Origin: Acidimicrobiales bacterium
GTDB taxonomy: Bacteria; Actinomycetota; Acidimicrobiia; Acidimicrobiales; Bog-793
Assembly (NCBI GenBank): GCA_052143575.1
Contig: JBKQSP010000116.1
Location: forward strand, 205 to 64,204
DNA: 64,000 bases
Reading direction: 5' to 3'
Position 1 is the first letter of the stretch; each line of letters starts with the position of its first letter. Below the pieces are notes generated by a model. That model saw only the letters and a list, made by a program, of their open reading frames with translations. It was not told where the DNA came from and did no database searches. The position numbers and the translations under genes were made by a program. This document shows, piece by piece, positions 36,969 to 45,821 of this stretch.

Positions 36969-39025
36969 GACTGCGCCGCCTTCACGATGCGGTCGACGAG
37001 CTGGGCGGGGACGACCTCGTAGCGGTCGTGGCGGATGGAGAAACGCCCCCTGCCGCCCGTGAGGGATCGCAGGTCGGTGGCGTACCGCATGACCTCTGAG
37101 GTCGGCACGATGGCGATGACGACCTGCTCGTCACCCGATCCGGTCTCGGTGCCGAGCACGCGCCCGCGCCGCGAGTTCAGGTCCCCGAGCACGTCGCCCT
37201 GGGCGCTCGCCGGCACCGTGATCTCGAGGCGGGAGATCGGCTCCAAGAGCACCGGCCCTGCCTTTGCCAACGCCTCCCGAAACCCGATGGATCCCGCCAT
37301 CTTGAAGCTCATCTCGGACGAGTCGACCGAGTGGTACTTGCCGTCGTAGACGGTGACCTTGACGTCGACGACGGGGAAGCCGAGGGCTCCGCCGGTCCCC
37401 ATCGCCTCCTGCACGCCCTTCTCGACGGCCGGGATGAACTGGCGAGGGATCGCCCCGCCGACGATCTCGTCGGAGAACTCGAAGCCAACGCCGCGCTCGA
37501 GCGGCTCGACGCGCAAGTTGGCGACGCCGAATTGCCCGTGCCCGCCCGTCTGCTTCTTGTACTTGCCCTCGGCGTCCGCCGACTTCGTGATGGTCTCGCG
37601 GTAGGGGACCTTGACCGCTTCGGTCTCGACCTCGACGCCGAACTTGCGAAGGAGCTTCTCGCAGACGATCTGCAGGTGGGTGTCGCCCATGCCGGCGAGG
37701 ATCGTCTGGTGCGTCTCGTCGTCGCGCCGCACCGAGAGGGTCATGTCCTCTTCTTGCAGGCGGTGCAGGGCGGTCATGAGCTTGTCCTCGTCGCCCTTGG
37801 CCTTGGGGTGGACGGCGATCGAGAGCAGGGGAGTGGGAGCGGGGCGGGCTTCGATCACGACCGGGCTGCCTTTCGGCGCCAGGGTGTCGCCGGTGCGGGC
37901 GTCGCTGAGCTTGGGCACGGCGATGATGTCGCCGGCCTGCGCCTCGCTGATCGGGCTCGCCTCCTTGCCGCGCAGCAGTTGGAGGGCGTGCAGGCGCTCC
38001 TCGCCGTGAGTCCGCGAGTTGACGAGGGTGGCGTCGGGGCGGATCGTGCCCGAGAGCACGTGGATGAGCGAGATCTTGCCGACATAGGGGTCGGCGATGG
38101 TCTTGAAGACGCGTGCCAGTGGCTGACCGCTCGGGTCGACGGGCACGGAAGTGGCTTTGTCACCGGCGCGCACCGGCACGGGCCGGCGCTCGAGCGGGCT
38201 CGGCCCGATCTCGCAGATGAGCTCGGCGAGACGGTCGATGGCGATGGCCTTGGTGGCCGAGCCGCAGACGACCGGGAAGACGGTGGCGGAGGCGACTCCG
38301 TGCGCCAAGGTGGTTTCGAGCTCCTTCGTCGACGGCGTGTCTCCCTCGAGGTAGCGCTCCATGAGGTCGTCGTCCGCCACGACGATGCCTTCGACGAGGG
38401 CGTCGCGCACGCGATGCTCCATCTCGGACATGTCCTCGGGGATCTCGCCGGTGACGGCAGAGCCCGTGTCGTAGGTGATGGCAGTGTCGGTCAGCAGGTC
38501 CGCCACGCCGCGAAAATCCGCTTCGTGCCCGATCGGCAGCTCGAGCGGGGCGATGCCAGCTCCGAAGCGATCCCGCAACTGCTCGAGCGTCCGCTCGAAA
38601 TCGGCCCGCTCACGGTCGAGCTTGTTCACGAACACGAGCCGGGGCATCTCGAGCTCGGCGGCGATGCGCCAGGCGGTCTCGGTGTTGACCTCCACGCCTT
38701 CGACGGCGCTCACCACGATGACGGCGAGGTCGGCGACCGAGAGAGCGGCCTCCACCTCCGCCACGAAGTCGGCGTAGCCCGGCGTGTCGATCACGTTGAT
38801 GCGGTATTCGCCGACGGCGGCCGGTGCCATGGCGAGCGACACGGAGATGTGGCGCTTCACCTCCTCCGGCTCGAAGTCGGACACGGTCGTGCCGTCCTCC
38901 ACACGACCGGCGCGATTGAGTGCTCCACAGCACACCAGGAGGGCCTCGGTGAGCGTCGTCTTGCCGGCGCCGCCGTGACCGACGAGCGCGACATTCCGGA
39001 TCTTCGCAGACGGCACATTGGCCAC
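36959..39025 (-). CDS. Elongation factor G paralog (EF-G2-like translational GTPase)
   Basis: GGAGG 6 nt upstream of GTG 39025. G1 'VALVGHGGAGKTTLTEALL' resembles Thermus EF-G-2 rather than the canonical 'AHIDAGKTT'. 'DTPGYADF', 'VNKLD', and full five-domain length (688 aa). Confidence 0.85.
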   Translation of the reverse strand: MANVPSAKIRNVALVGHGGAGKTTLTEALLVCCGALNRAGRVEDGTTVSDFEPEEVKRHISVSLAMAPAAVGEYRINVIDTPGYADFVAEVEAALSVADLAVIVVSAVEGVEVNTETAWRIAAELEMPRLVFVNKLDRERADFERTLEQLRDRFGAGIAPLELPIGHEADFRGVADLLTDTAITYDTGSAVTGEIPEDMSEMEHRVRDALVEGIVVADDDLMERYLEGDTPSTKELETTLAHGVASATVFPVVCGSATKAIAIDRLAELICEIGPSPLERRPVPVRAGDKATSVPVDPSGQPLARVFKTIADPYVGKISLIHVLSGTIRPDATLVNSRTHGEERLHALQLLRGKEASPISEAQAGDIIAVPKLSDARTGDTLAPKGSPVVIEARPAPTPLLSIAVHPKAKGDEDKLMTALHRLQEEDMTLSVRRDDETHQTILAGMGDTHLQIVCEKLLRKFGVEVETEAVKVPYRETITKSADAEGKYKKQTGGHGQFGVANLRVEPLERGVGFEFSDEIVGGAIPRQFIPAVEKGVQEAMGTGGALGFPVVDVKVTVYDGKYHSVDSSEMSFKMAGSIGFREALAKAGPVLLEPISRLEITVPASAQGDVLGDLNSRRGRVLGTETGSGDEQVVIAIVPTSEVMRYATDLRSLTGGRGRFSIRHDRYEVVPAQLVDRIVKAAQSDS

Positions 39026-39289
39026 CGGACACCTCCTCGATGCGCCCCGTCCTCGCACCCCCTGCGGGAACGACCGGGCCGCTCGGCGGCGAGCCTACCT
39101 GGGAAGCGGCAGCGGGGCAGAGGCCCCCGGCAGCCTGCAGGCCGAGCACAACCGCATCCCACGTCACGCCGCGTTCGTGGGTGAAGCGGGGGTTACTCGG
39201 GTGGCATTTGGTAACATCGTGTTCATGGCTGGAGAGAGACGTGAACCCTGTCAGAGGGTCACGCCAAGGCCGACGACGCTGGTAACGCC

Positions 39290-40360
39290 ATGATCGACGG
39301 CCGCCGAGGCCGCGCCGATGCCTCTGCCGACGTGGCCGAGGAGGAAGCTCCTGACGTCGTAGCAGAGCCAGTGGCCGAGGAAGTCGTCCCGGAGGCCGCC
39401 GCCGCTACGGAGACACCCGCCGCGACCGAGAACCCCGCCGCGACGGAAGCTGAGGCAACCGGCTCCTTCGTCCGCGTCCTCAAGGCGGTGGGTCCGCGGC
39501 TCGTCTCCATGGGCGTGAAGGCCGACCACGTGACGGTCGTCGGGATGCTGCTCGCCGGACTGACCGGCGTCGTGATCGGCATCGGGCAGCTCTATCTCGC
39601 CATCGTCCTGCTCACCGTCGGCGGGCTCATGGACACTCTCGACGGGGCCGTCGCCAAGGCGGCCGGCACCTCCTCCAAACGGGGTGCCTTCTTCGACTCG
39701 GTGTCCGACCGCGTGGCGGACATGTTCATCTTCGGTGGCCTCGCTTGGTATTTCGCCGCCGGCCCCGGCCACGACCCCAAGATGGTCCTGATCCCGTTCG
39801 CCATCCTGGGCGTGAGCAACACGATCTCCTACGAGCGGGCCAAGGCGGAGTCGCTCGGTTACGTCGCCAAGGGCGGTCTCATGGAACGCGCCGAGCGCCT
39901 CATCGCTCTCGGCATCGCCCTGCTCCTGCACATCATCCTCGTCCCGTTGCTGCTCGCGTTGCTCGGCTTGTGCGTCGTGACGGCCTGCCAGCGCTTCTTC
40001 AAGGTGTGGGCGCAGGCGAGCGATCCCACTCGGGAGGCCGAAGCGGCTGCCGCCCTCGCCACGGCGAGTGGATCGGGCCTTCGGGGACGGCGCCCTGCCC
40101 GCGTCGAGTCGAGGTGGCGGGCCTGGCGGGATGCCAGCAGCGACCCCGCCCGCCGGCGCCGCGTTCCGGTCGCAAGCCGGGCGCGCTCCCGTCGGCGTGA
40201 CGAGCCGCTCTCGATCCGACTGCGGCAGGCATTCCAGAGCGAGCGGGCGGGCTCCCGGCCGACCCCGCGCGCCGCCACGCGCCCCGGTCGCGTGCGGAAC
40301 GAGCGTCGTCTCAAGGGTGCCGAATCGTCGTTCCGGCGCCGCCTCGGCTCCGGCCGCTGA
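39290..40360 (+). CDS. pgsA1: CDP-alcohol phosphatidyltransferase (phosphatidylinositol-phosphate synthase, PgsA1-type) with charged terminal extensions
   Basis: Motif 'DTLDGAVAKAAGTSSKRGAFFDSVSDRVAD' (D-x2-DG-x2-AR...G-x3-D-x3-D). The core aligns with mycobacterial PgsA1. It sits upstream of patA/pimA. Start uncertain (ATG 39290 or internal). Confidence 0.8.
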   Translation: MIDGRRGRADASADVAEEEAPDVVAEPVAEEVVPEAAAATETPAATENPAATEAEATGSFVRVLKAVGPRLVSMGVKADHVTVVGMLLAGLTGVVIGIGQLYLAIVLLTVGGLMDTLDGAVAKAAGTSSKRGAFFDSVSDRVADMFIFGGLAWYFAAGPGHDPKMVLIPFAILGVSNTISYERAKAESLGYVAKGGLMERAERLIALGIALLLHIILVPLLLALLGLCVVTACQRFFKVWAQASDPTREAEAAAALATASGSGLRGRRPARVESRWRAWRDASSDPARRRRVPVASRARSRRRDEPLSIRLRQAFQSERAGSRPTPRAATRPGRVRNERRLKGAESSFRRRLGSGR

Positions 40361-40378
40361 TCCGCCTCCCACAGCCAG

Positions 40379-41314
40379 GTGGACCGGCCCACTGAGGCCA
40401 TGACGTCGCCGGGCCTGCTCGGTCATCACAGCAGGGCCTACTGGACCTATCGGGGTTTGACGGCCGCATTGAAGGCCGTTCCGGCTCCCTTTGCCGGCGG
40501 GCTGGCGACGCTGTCCGGGTTCACCATGTCGGAGCTGTTCTGGCGGAAGAAGCGCCCCGTCATCCGCGCCAACCTCCGCCGCGTCGTCGGTCCCGCCGTC
40601 TCGGAGACTGCGCTCGAGCGTCTCGTGACGGAGGCCTTCGACTCCTACGCCCGTTACTGGGTGGAGAGCGCCCGGCTTGTCTCGATGCGGCCGGCGGAAG
40701 TCTTCCGGCGGTTCTCGATCGAGGGCTTCGACCGGGTGGAAGAAGAGATGGCCAAGCACCGCGGCGTCATTCTCGCCTTGCCCCACTTCGGCTTCTGGGA
40801 CCTTGGCGGTGCCTGGTTGACGCTCAAGGGATACCCCATGACGACGGTGGCGGAGACGCTCGAGCCGCCGGATCTCTTCGACTGGTTCAAGGCGCAGCGC
40901 GAGGCGCTCGGCCTCACGATCCACGGGTTCGGGTCGGACACCTCCGGCCGCTTGGCGAGTGCGCTTCGCGCCGGGCGCCTCGTCGGCCTCGTCGCCGACC
41001 GGGATCTCGTCGGCAACGGCGTCGAGGTCGAGTTCTTCGGGGAGCGCACCACCCTGCCCGGTGGAGCGGCCGTGCTCGCACTGCGCACGGGCGCACCCCT
41101 CTTCCCGTCGATCGTCTACCAACGGCCGGGCGGCAAGGGCCATGGCGTCATCCGCCCGCCCCTCGAGTTCGAGCGCAGCGGCAGCCTGCGCGCCGACGTG
41201 ACACGACTCACCCGCATGCTGGCGGCCGAGTTCGAGGATCTCATCCGGCAAGCGCCCGAGCAGTGGCACATGTTCCAGCCGAACTGGCCGTCCGACCGGG
41301 AGAAGTTCGGCTGA
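40379..41314 (+). CDS. patA: Phosphatidylinositol mannoside acyltransferase (HtrB/LpxL-type lipid A biosynthesis acyltransferase family)
   Basis: 'GVILALPHFGFWDLGG' (H-x4-D-like acyltransferase motif), 'LVGLVADRDL', 'PEQWHMFQPNW'. Position between pgsA1 and pimA. Start is GTG 40379 or ATG 40400. Confidence 0.8.
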   Translation: MDRPTEAMTSPGLLGHHSRAYWTYRGLTAALKAVPAPFAGGLATLSGFTMSELFWRKKRPVIRANLRRVVGPAVSETALERLVTEAFDSYARYWVESARLVSMRPAEVFRRFSIEGFDRVEEEMAKHRGVILALPHFGFWDLGGAWLTLKGYPMTTVAETLEPPDLFDWFKAQREALGLTIHGFGSDTSGRLASALRAGRLVGLVADRDLVGNGVEVEFFGERTTLPGGAAVLALRTGAPLFPSIVYQRPGGKGHGVIRPPLEFERSGSLRADVTRLTRMLAAEFEDLIRQAPEQWHMFQPNWPSDREKFG

Positions 41315-41454
41315 CCTCCGTGGCAGGGCACGCCACTCCCGCCGATTGAAAACGTGGGGGTGAACGCGCCCAAAATAGGGGTTTGTGCCGATGTGCTGCG
41401 GCGAGTTCCTGCGTACGGTCGTACGGGGGCCCAAACGGGCCGGGAGGAGACACG

Positions 41455-42501
41455 ATGCAACGAGACGCGACCCCAGTTGATGCTGCCGCACCGAAGCCGA
41501 CATCTCGACGGGCGCTTCTGCTGGGAGGGGCGGTCGGTCTCGCCGGCCTGGCGGCTGACTCGCTCGTCTCCGCCCAACCGGCGAGCGCTACCCAGGGCAG
41601 TGCCGTCCTCCTCGGGCAGGACAACACGGGTGCGACGGCAGCCACCGAACTCGAGGAGTCCGGAGGCGCCTACGCAAGCCTGGCCAATCCAGACGACACC
41701 GTTTTCGCAAACGCCGGCGTTATCGGCCATGGAAAGAACACGGGCGTCGCCGGCGTCGCCAGCGGTATCTTCGGCGTCGGCGTGACGGGAATCGGCACCG
41801 TTGCCGGCGTCTTGGCCACCGACGGTGTCGTCGCCTCCGGTGCACCGGGTGGCGCCAGCGGCACGGGGCCCGGAGTCGTGGCGCAACTCATCAACCCGGC
41901 AAACAAGTCCGCAGCCGTCAAGGCGACGACTGCCGGCGCCGGCAACGCCCTCGAAGCGACCACCACCGGTGCCGGGAGCGCGATCTCGGCGGCGATCACG
42001 GATGCGAAAAACCTCTCTGACGTGATCTCAGCCACCACGAACGGCACCGGCGCCGGCGTCTTCGGCTCCGGCGAAATCGGCCTCCGCGGCGCAGGCCGCC
42101 AGTATGGCATCGTCGGTACCGCTGGCGTGAACGCTTACGGCGTCTACGCGCAGGGCGGCACCGCCGCCGATGCCGTGCCAGCCTCCGGTGGTGGCGTGTT
42201 CGCCGTGAGCGGTGGAGGCACCGCCGTCTACGCCATGAGCGACACAGGCGTCGCCTTGAAGGTCGAGGGCAAGGTGGCCTTCTCGCGAAGCGGAGTTGCG
42301 CAGGTAAAGGCCAGGAAAACGAGCGTCACGGTGACCCTCGCAGGCGTGACAACCTCTTCCATCGTCCTCGCCACCTTGCAGACTGATACCGGTGCTCCGA
42401 TCGCCGTCGCCAACGTCGTGGCGGCATCACGTTCGTTCACCATCACTCTCACGGCCGCCCCGCGGCGCCTCGTGGAGGTCGGCTGGTTCGTGATCGGATA
42501 G
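41455..42501 (+). CDS. Tat-exported Gly/Ala/Thr-rich repeat protein, function unknown
   Basis: GGGAGGAG 5 nt upstream of ATG 41455. Twin-arginine signal 'TSRRALLLGGAVGLAGLAADSLVSAQPASA'. Degenerate 'G-x-x-G-V-x-G' pseudo-repeats. No Cys. Beta-rich C-terminal roughly 90 aa. Confidence 0.65.
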   Translation: MQRDATPVDAAAPKPTSRRALLLGGAVGLAGLAADSLVSAQPASATQGSAVLLGQDNTGATAATELEESGGAYASLANPDDTVFANAGVIGHGKNTGVAGVASGIFGVGVTGIGTVAGVLATDGVVASGAPGGASGTGPGVVAQLINPANKSAAVKATTAGAGNALEATTTGAGSAISAAITDAKNLSDVISATTNGTGAGVFGSGEIGLRGAGRQYGIVGTAGVNAYGVYAQGGTAADAVPASGGGVFAVSGGGTAVYAMSDTGVALKVEGKVAFSRSGVAQVKARKTSVTVTLAGVTTSSIVLATLQTDTGAPIAVANVVAASRSFTITLTAAPRRLVEVGWFVIG

Positions 42502-42505
42502 GTGC

Positions 42506-42525
42506 AGGCGGCAAGGGAGCCGCCT
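42506..42525. terminator. Hairpin in the convergent gap after the Tat-exported protein gene
   Basis: AGGCGG-caagggag-CCGCCT, 5 nt after the TAG stop at 42499-42501. Confidence 0.3.
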
Positions 42526-42543
42526 CGCAGCAGCGGGCTCAGC

Positions 42544-42873
42544 TCAGGCGTGCAGGAGCGACGCCACCGCCAAGAGATCCTCACGCGAGCCCTCCCGCAA
42601 CCAGGCCTCCGTCCGGTTGCGCAACGCTCGCCGCCGGCTCCACGGCAGCGAGATGAGGCGCCGTTGCAGCTGGTAGAGCTCTGACACGGGCTCGAGAGCG
42701 CGATGGGGGCCGATCGCCTCGCACGCCTCCGAGACCGCACGCAGCATCCGCCGTTCGTCGCGGTGATGAGAGGCCACGGTCGACTGCAGGAGGCAAAAGT
42801 CACTGAGGACCCGGCGCTCCGCCGGCTCGAGCTCCCGCAGGGCGGTCATGGTGTCAGTGATCATCGCGACCAT
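42544..42873 (-). CDS. Hypothetical 109-aa protein (predicted all-helical)
   Basis: Only an ORF with coding-like composition, lying between two better-supported genes. No motif recognised. Confidence 0.35.
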   Translation of the reverse strand: MVAMITDTMTALRELEPAERRVLSDFCLLQSTVASHHRDERRMLRAVSEACEAIGPHRALEPVSELYQLQRRLISLPWSRRRALRNRTEAWLREGSREDLLAVASLLHA

Positions 42874-43040
42874 TCTGAGACGCTACGTGAGCAAGCCACG
42901 CGCCTCTAGAGCCGAAGGTCCCAGGCTTGCGTGGACCGAAGGCCGCATGTCGCGCCGTCCACCCGTGCGCGAGACCCTCTTCAGGGCGCCATCAGGCTAT
43001 CGCAAGACCGCCTGGTAGCCTCAACAGCTGGGGGTGAGCC

Positions 43041-43670
43041 ATGGCGAGCTCTGATGAGCACCCACCGGAGGGACACGCACACGAGCAGTCGCTCGTCGAC
43101 GCCTTCGACAGCGCCCTCGGCGCCTACGACGCCCACCTCGCCGGTCACGCCTCGCGGGTCGGCAACCTCGCCGGCCTCCTGGCCGCTCAGCTTGATCTCG
43201 ATCGGCCAGATCGCCTCCTCGTCACTCACATCGCCATCGTGCACGACCTCGGCAAGCTGGGCCTGCCACGCGAGATCCTCAACAAGAAGGGCCGGCTCTC
43301 ACCGGAGGAACGCGCCGCCGTGCAACAACATCCCGTCATCGGCGCCGACGTGCTGCTGGCGATGTCGCGAGACCTCGACCCGCTCGCGGCGGGTGTGCGC
43401 GCCCACCACGAACGCTGGGACGGCACGGGCTACCCCGATCATCTCAGCGGCACGCAGATCCCCTTCTTCGGGCGGCTGCTGGCCGTCATGGACGTCTACG
43501 ACGCCCTCACCCACCCTCGCATCTACCGGAACAACGTCTTCACGCCGGAAGCCGCCCGCGAGTATCTCGCCGAGCACTCCGGCACCCAGTTCGACCCGGA
43601 GTGCGTGAGCGCCAGCCTCGAGGTGCTCATCGCCCATGAGAAGGAGCGGCGCCAGTTCCCGGCGTCCTAG
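43041..43670 (+). CDS. Stand-alone HD-GYP domain phosphohydrolase (putative c-di-GMP phosphodiesterase)
   Basis: 'HASRVGNL', 'VHDLGKLGLP', 'HHERWDGTGYPD' (the HD-GYP signature HHExxDGxGYP), 'VMDVYDALT'. Confidence 0.85.
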   Translation: MASSDEHPPEGHAHEQSLVDAFDSALGAYDAHLAGHASRVGNLAGLLAAQLDLDRPDRLLVTHIAIVHDLGKLGLPREILNKKGRLSPEERAAVQQHPVIGADVLLAMSRDLDPLAAGVRAHHERWDGTGYPDHLSGTQIPFFGRLLAVMDVYDALTHPRIYRNNVFTPEAAREYLAEHSGTQFDPECVSASLEVLIAHEKERRQFPAS

Positions 43671-43699
43671 CCGGTCACGAGGCGAGCGGTGTGAGGGCG

Positions 43700-43705
43700 T
43701 AGCCT
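43700..43705 (+). promoter_or_regulatory. -10-like hexamer TAGCCT 6 nt upstream of the pimA GTG (leaderless geometry)
   Basis: TANNNT, then 'tccgcc', then GTG 43712. No SD is present. Confidence 0.3.
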
Positions 43706-43711
43706 TCCGCC

Positions 43712-44848
43712 GTGCGCGTCGCCGTGGTGTGCCCGTACGACTTGTCGGTGCCCGGCGGTGTGCAGGCACAAGTGAGCGGCCTCGCCGAAGCGCTGCAGCG
43801 AGCCGGGACGAGCGTCACGGTCGTGTCGCCGGCATCGGCCACCATTGACGGGGGCAGGGCTCAATTCAGCCTCATCGGCATCGGGCGCAGCCTCAGCATC
43901 GCCGCCAACGGCTCGAGAGCCCCGGTGTCACCTGGCCCGCTCGCCATGACACGGACCCTGCGAGCCCTGAAGCGCATCCATCCGGACGTTGTGCACGTCC
44001 ACGAACCGCTCGTGCCCGGCGCCTCGCTGGCGGCACTGCTCGCCGGCCCTCGCCCCATCGTGGCGACGTTCCACCGCGCCGGTTGCGACGCCGTCTACCG
44101 GGCCGAGGGTGCCCTCCTCCGACCGTTCGCACGGCGGCTCGACGCCACCGTCGCCGTGTCCGAGGCTGCCCGGGCGACGGCGAGGCAGGTGCTCGGGCGC
44201 CATCTCGGGGCCACCGAGCTGATCCCGAACGGCATCGACACGGCGCTCTTCCCGCACCGCCGAAACCCCGACGCGAACGGCTTGGGCGGCGCGCCGGTCT
44301 CGCCGCTGCGTGTCGTGTTCGTCGGCCGCCACGAGGAGCGCAAGGGCCTCGCCGTGCTCCTCGAGGCCTTCGAGCTGCTCCAGCGTCGCGGAGGCGGGGC
44401 ACCGGCAAGCAGGCTGCTCGTCGTCGGGGAGGGTCCGGAGACGAAGAGCCTCCGGCAGCGCTTCGCTGCCGGCGACGGCATCGAATGGCTGGGCGCCGTC
44501 GACGACGTCGCGAAAGCACGCCTCCTCGGATCTGCCGACGTGTTCGTGGCTCCATCTCTGCGAGGTGAGTCCTTCGGCGTCATCCTCCTCGAGGCGATGG
44601 CCGCCGGCGCCGCCGTCATCGCCTCGGATCTTCCTGGCTACCGCCTCGCCGCCGCCGAGGCGGCCCGCTTCGTGAAACCCGGCGATGCGTCCGCACTGGC
44701 GGAGGCGCTCGCCCTCGTGCTGGGTGACGCCGGGGAACGTCAGCGGTTGGCCGTGTTGGCGGGGGAGCGGGTGGGGGGTTTCTCCATGGATGCCGTCGCC
44801 GAGCGATACCTGCAGCTGTACGCCAGGGTCGCATCGCGGCGGCCCTAA
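43712..44848 (+). CDS. pimA: GT4 glycosyltransferase, phosphatidylinositol alpha-mannosyltransferase
   Basis: 'MRVAVVCPYDLSVPGGVQAQVSGLAEAL' and 'ESFGVILLEAMAAGAAVIASD' (E-x7-E region). Synteny with pgsA1-patA. Confidence 0.85.
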   Translation: MRVAVVCPYDLSVPGGVQAQVSGLAEALQRAGTSVTVVSPASATIDGGRAQFSLIGIGRSLSIAANGSRAPVSPGPLAMTRTLRALKRIHPDVVHVHEPLVPGASLAALLAGPRPIVATFHRAGCDAVYRAEGALLRPFARRLDATVAVSEAARATARQVLGRHLGATELIPNGIDTALFPHRRNPDANGLGGAPVSPLRVVFVGRHEERKGLAVLLEAFELLQRRGGGAPASRLLVVGEGPETKSLRQRFAAGDGIEWLGAVDDVAKARLLGSADVFVAPSLRGESFGVILLEAMAAGAAVIASDLPGYRLAAAEAARFVKPGDASALAEALALVLGDAGERQRLAVLAGERVGGFSMDAVAERYLQLYARVASRRP

Positions 44849-44859
44849 GATCACCGATC

Positions 44860-45795
44860 ATGCCTGCATCGACGAGATCCCGCTCTCGTCGCGACCGGCA
44901 GCGCAACGACCCGGACGAACGCCAGCGTCGCAACCGGGAGGCCCAAGAAGCGGCTTACGAGGCCGCCAAGGTCGTGCTCGAGCATGCCGCCGGTCGGCGA
45001 GATGCCGAGTGGCGGGCAGCAGCCGACGGCAACCGTCGCCGTGTTCGAACGGTGCTGGCGGCGCCGGCCATGCTCGGTGTCGTCGTACTGCTCCTCGGCA
45101 TCGTGCTCCCCGTGCTTCTCATCGTCGGCGCCGTCCTGCTCGTGGGATGGATCGTCCTGGCCGCCGTGATCTGGGGGCGGGCCTCCTCGTCTCTGCTCGG
45201 CCAGCTCGAGGGGATGACCCCGGCGGCAGCGGCGGCTGCCGGAAGCCTTCGCCCACTGGGTGCCGAACGCCTCGCCGACTTGAGCGACGGGCTCTGCTCC
45301 TCCCTCGGCCTGCCGGCGCCGAGGCTCCGCGTGATCCCTGATCGCGCCCCGAACGCCCTCGCCGTCGGGCGGCGCCACGAGGACGCCACTCTCGTGGTGA
45401 CGGCCGGCCTCGTCGATCTGCTGGATCGCATCGAGCTGGAGGCCGTCGTCGCCCATGAGCTCGCCCACATCAAGCGCCTCGACGTCGCCTCGGCCGCCCT
45501 CGCCGCCAGTGCGCTCGGCCGCCTGCTCTCTGTCATCGGAGGCGAGCGGGCCGCCCTCTGGCTGCGGGGCTCCGACCGGGAGATCCGGGCCGACCTGGCC
45601 GGCGTGGCGACCACCCGCTACCCGCCCGGCCTCATTGCCGCCTTGGAGCGCATCGGCAGCACGGGGGACCGACGGCCATCTTCCGTGCCGGCTTCGGTGC
45701 TCGGGCGCACCGCCTCGAGCTGGTTTGCCCCCTTCGACGGCGACAGCGACGATCCCACGATGGACGGACGCTTGGACGTGCTCAGGGAACTGTGA
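44860..45795 (+). CDS. M48 family (HtpX-like) zinc metalloprotease, membrane-anchored
   Basis: Two TM helices ('MLGVVVLLLGIVLPVLLIVGAVLLVGWIVLAAVIW') and HEXXH 'VVAHELAHIKR'. Confidence 0.75.
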   Translation: MPASTRSRSRRDRQRNDPDERQRRNREAQEAAYEAAKVVLEHAAGRRDAEWRAAADGNRRRVRTVLAAPAMLGVVVLLLGIVLPVLLIVGAVLLVGWIVLAAVIWGRASSSLLGQLEGMTPAAAAAAGSLRPLGAERLADLSDGLCSSLGLPAPRLRVIPDRAPNALAVGRRHEDATLVVTAGLVDLLDRIELEAVVAHELAHIKRLDVASAALAASALGRLLSVIGGERAALWLRGSDREIRADLAGVATTRYPPGLIAALERIGSTGDRRPSSVPASVLGRTASSWFAPFDGDSDDPTMDGRLDVLREL

Positions 45796-45809
45796 GCGTG
45801 CCGAACCCG

Positions 45810-45815
45810 TAGAAT
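45810..45815 (+). promoter_or_regulatory. -10-like hexamer TAGAAT 6 nt upstream of pdxS ATG 45822 (leaderless geometry)
   Basis: TAGAAT, then 'gaccgg', then ATG. No SD is present. Confidence 0.35.
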
Positions 45816-45821
45816 GACCGG

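Noticed and set aside
39026-39289. In the EF-G2/pgsA1 divergent region, a promoter-like 'TTACTC...TAACAT' pair and an imperfect hairpin GTGAACCCT-gtcag-AGGGTCAC (39241-39263).
   Set aside because: The spacing between the hexamers is only about 13 nt, which is too short. The hairpin has a bulge and no supporting context. This is not enough to call a promoter or operator.
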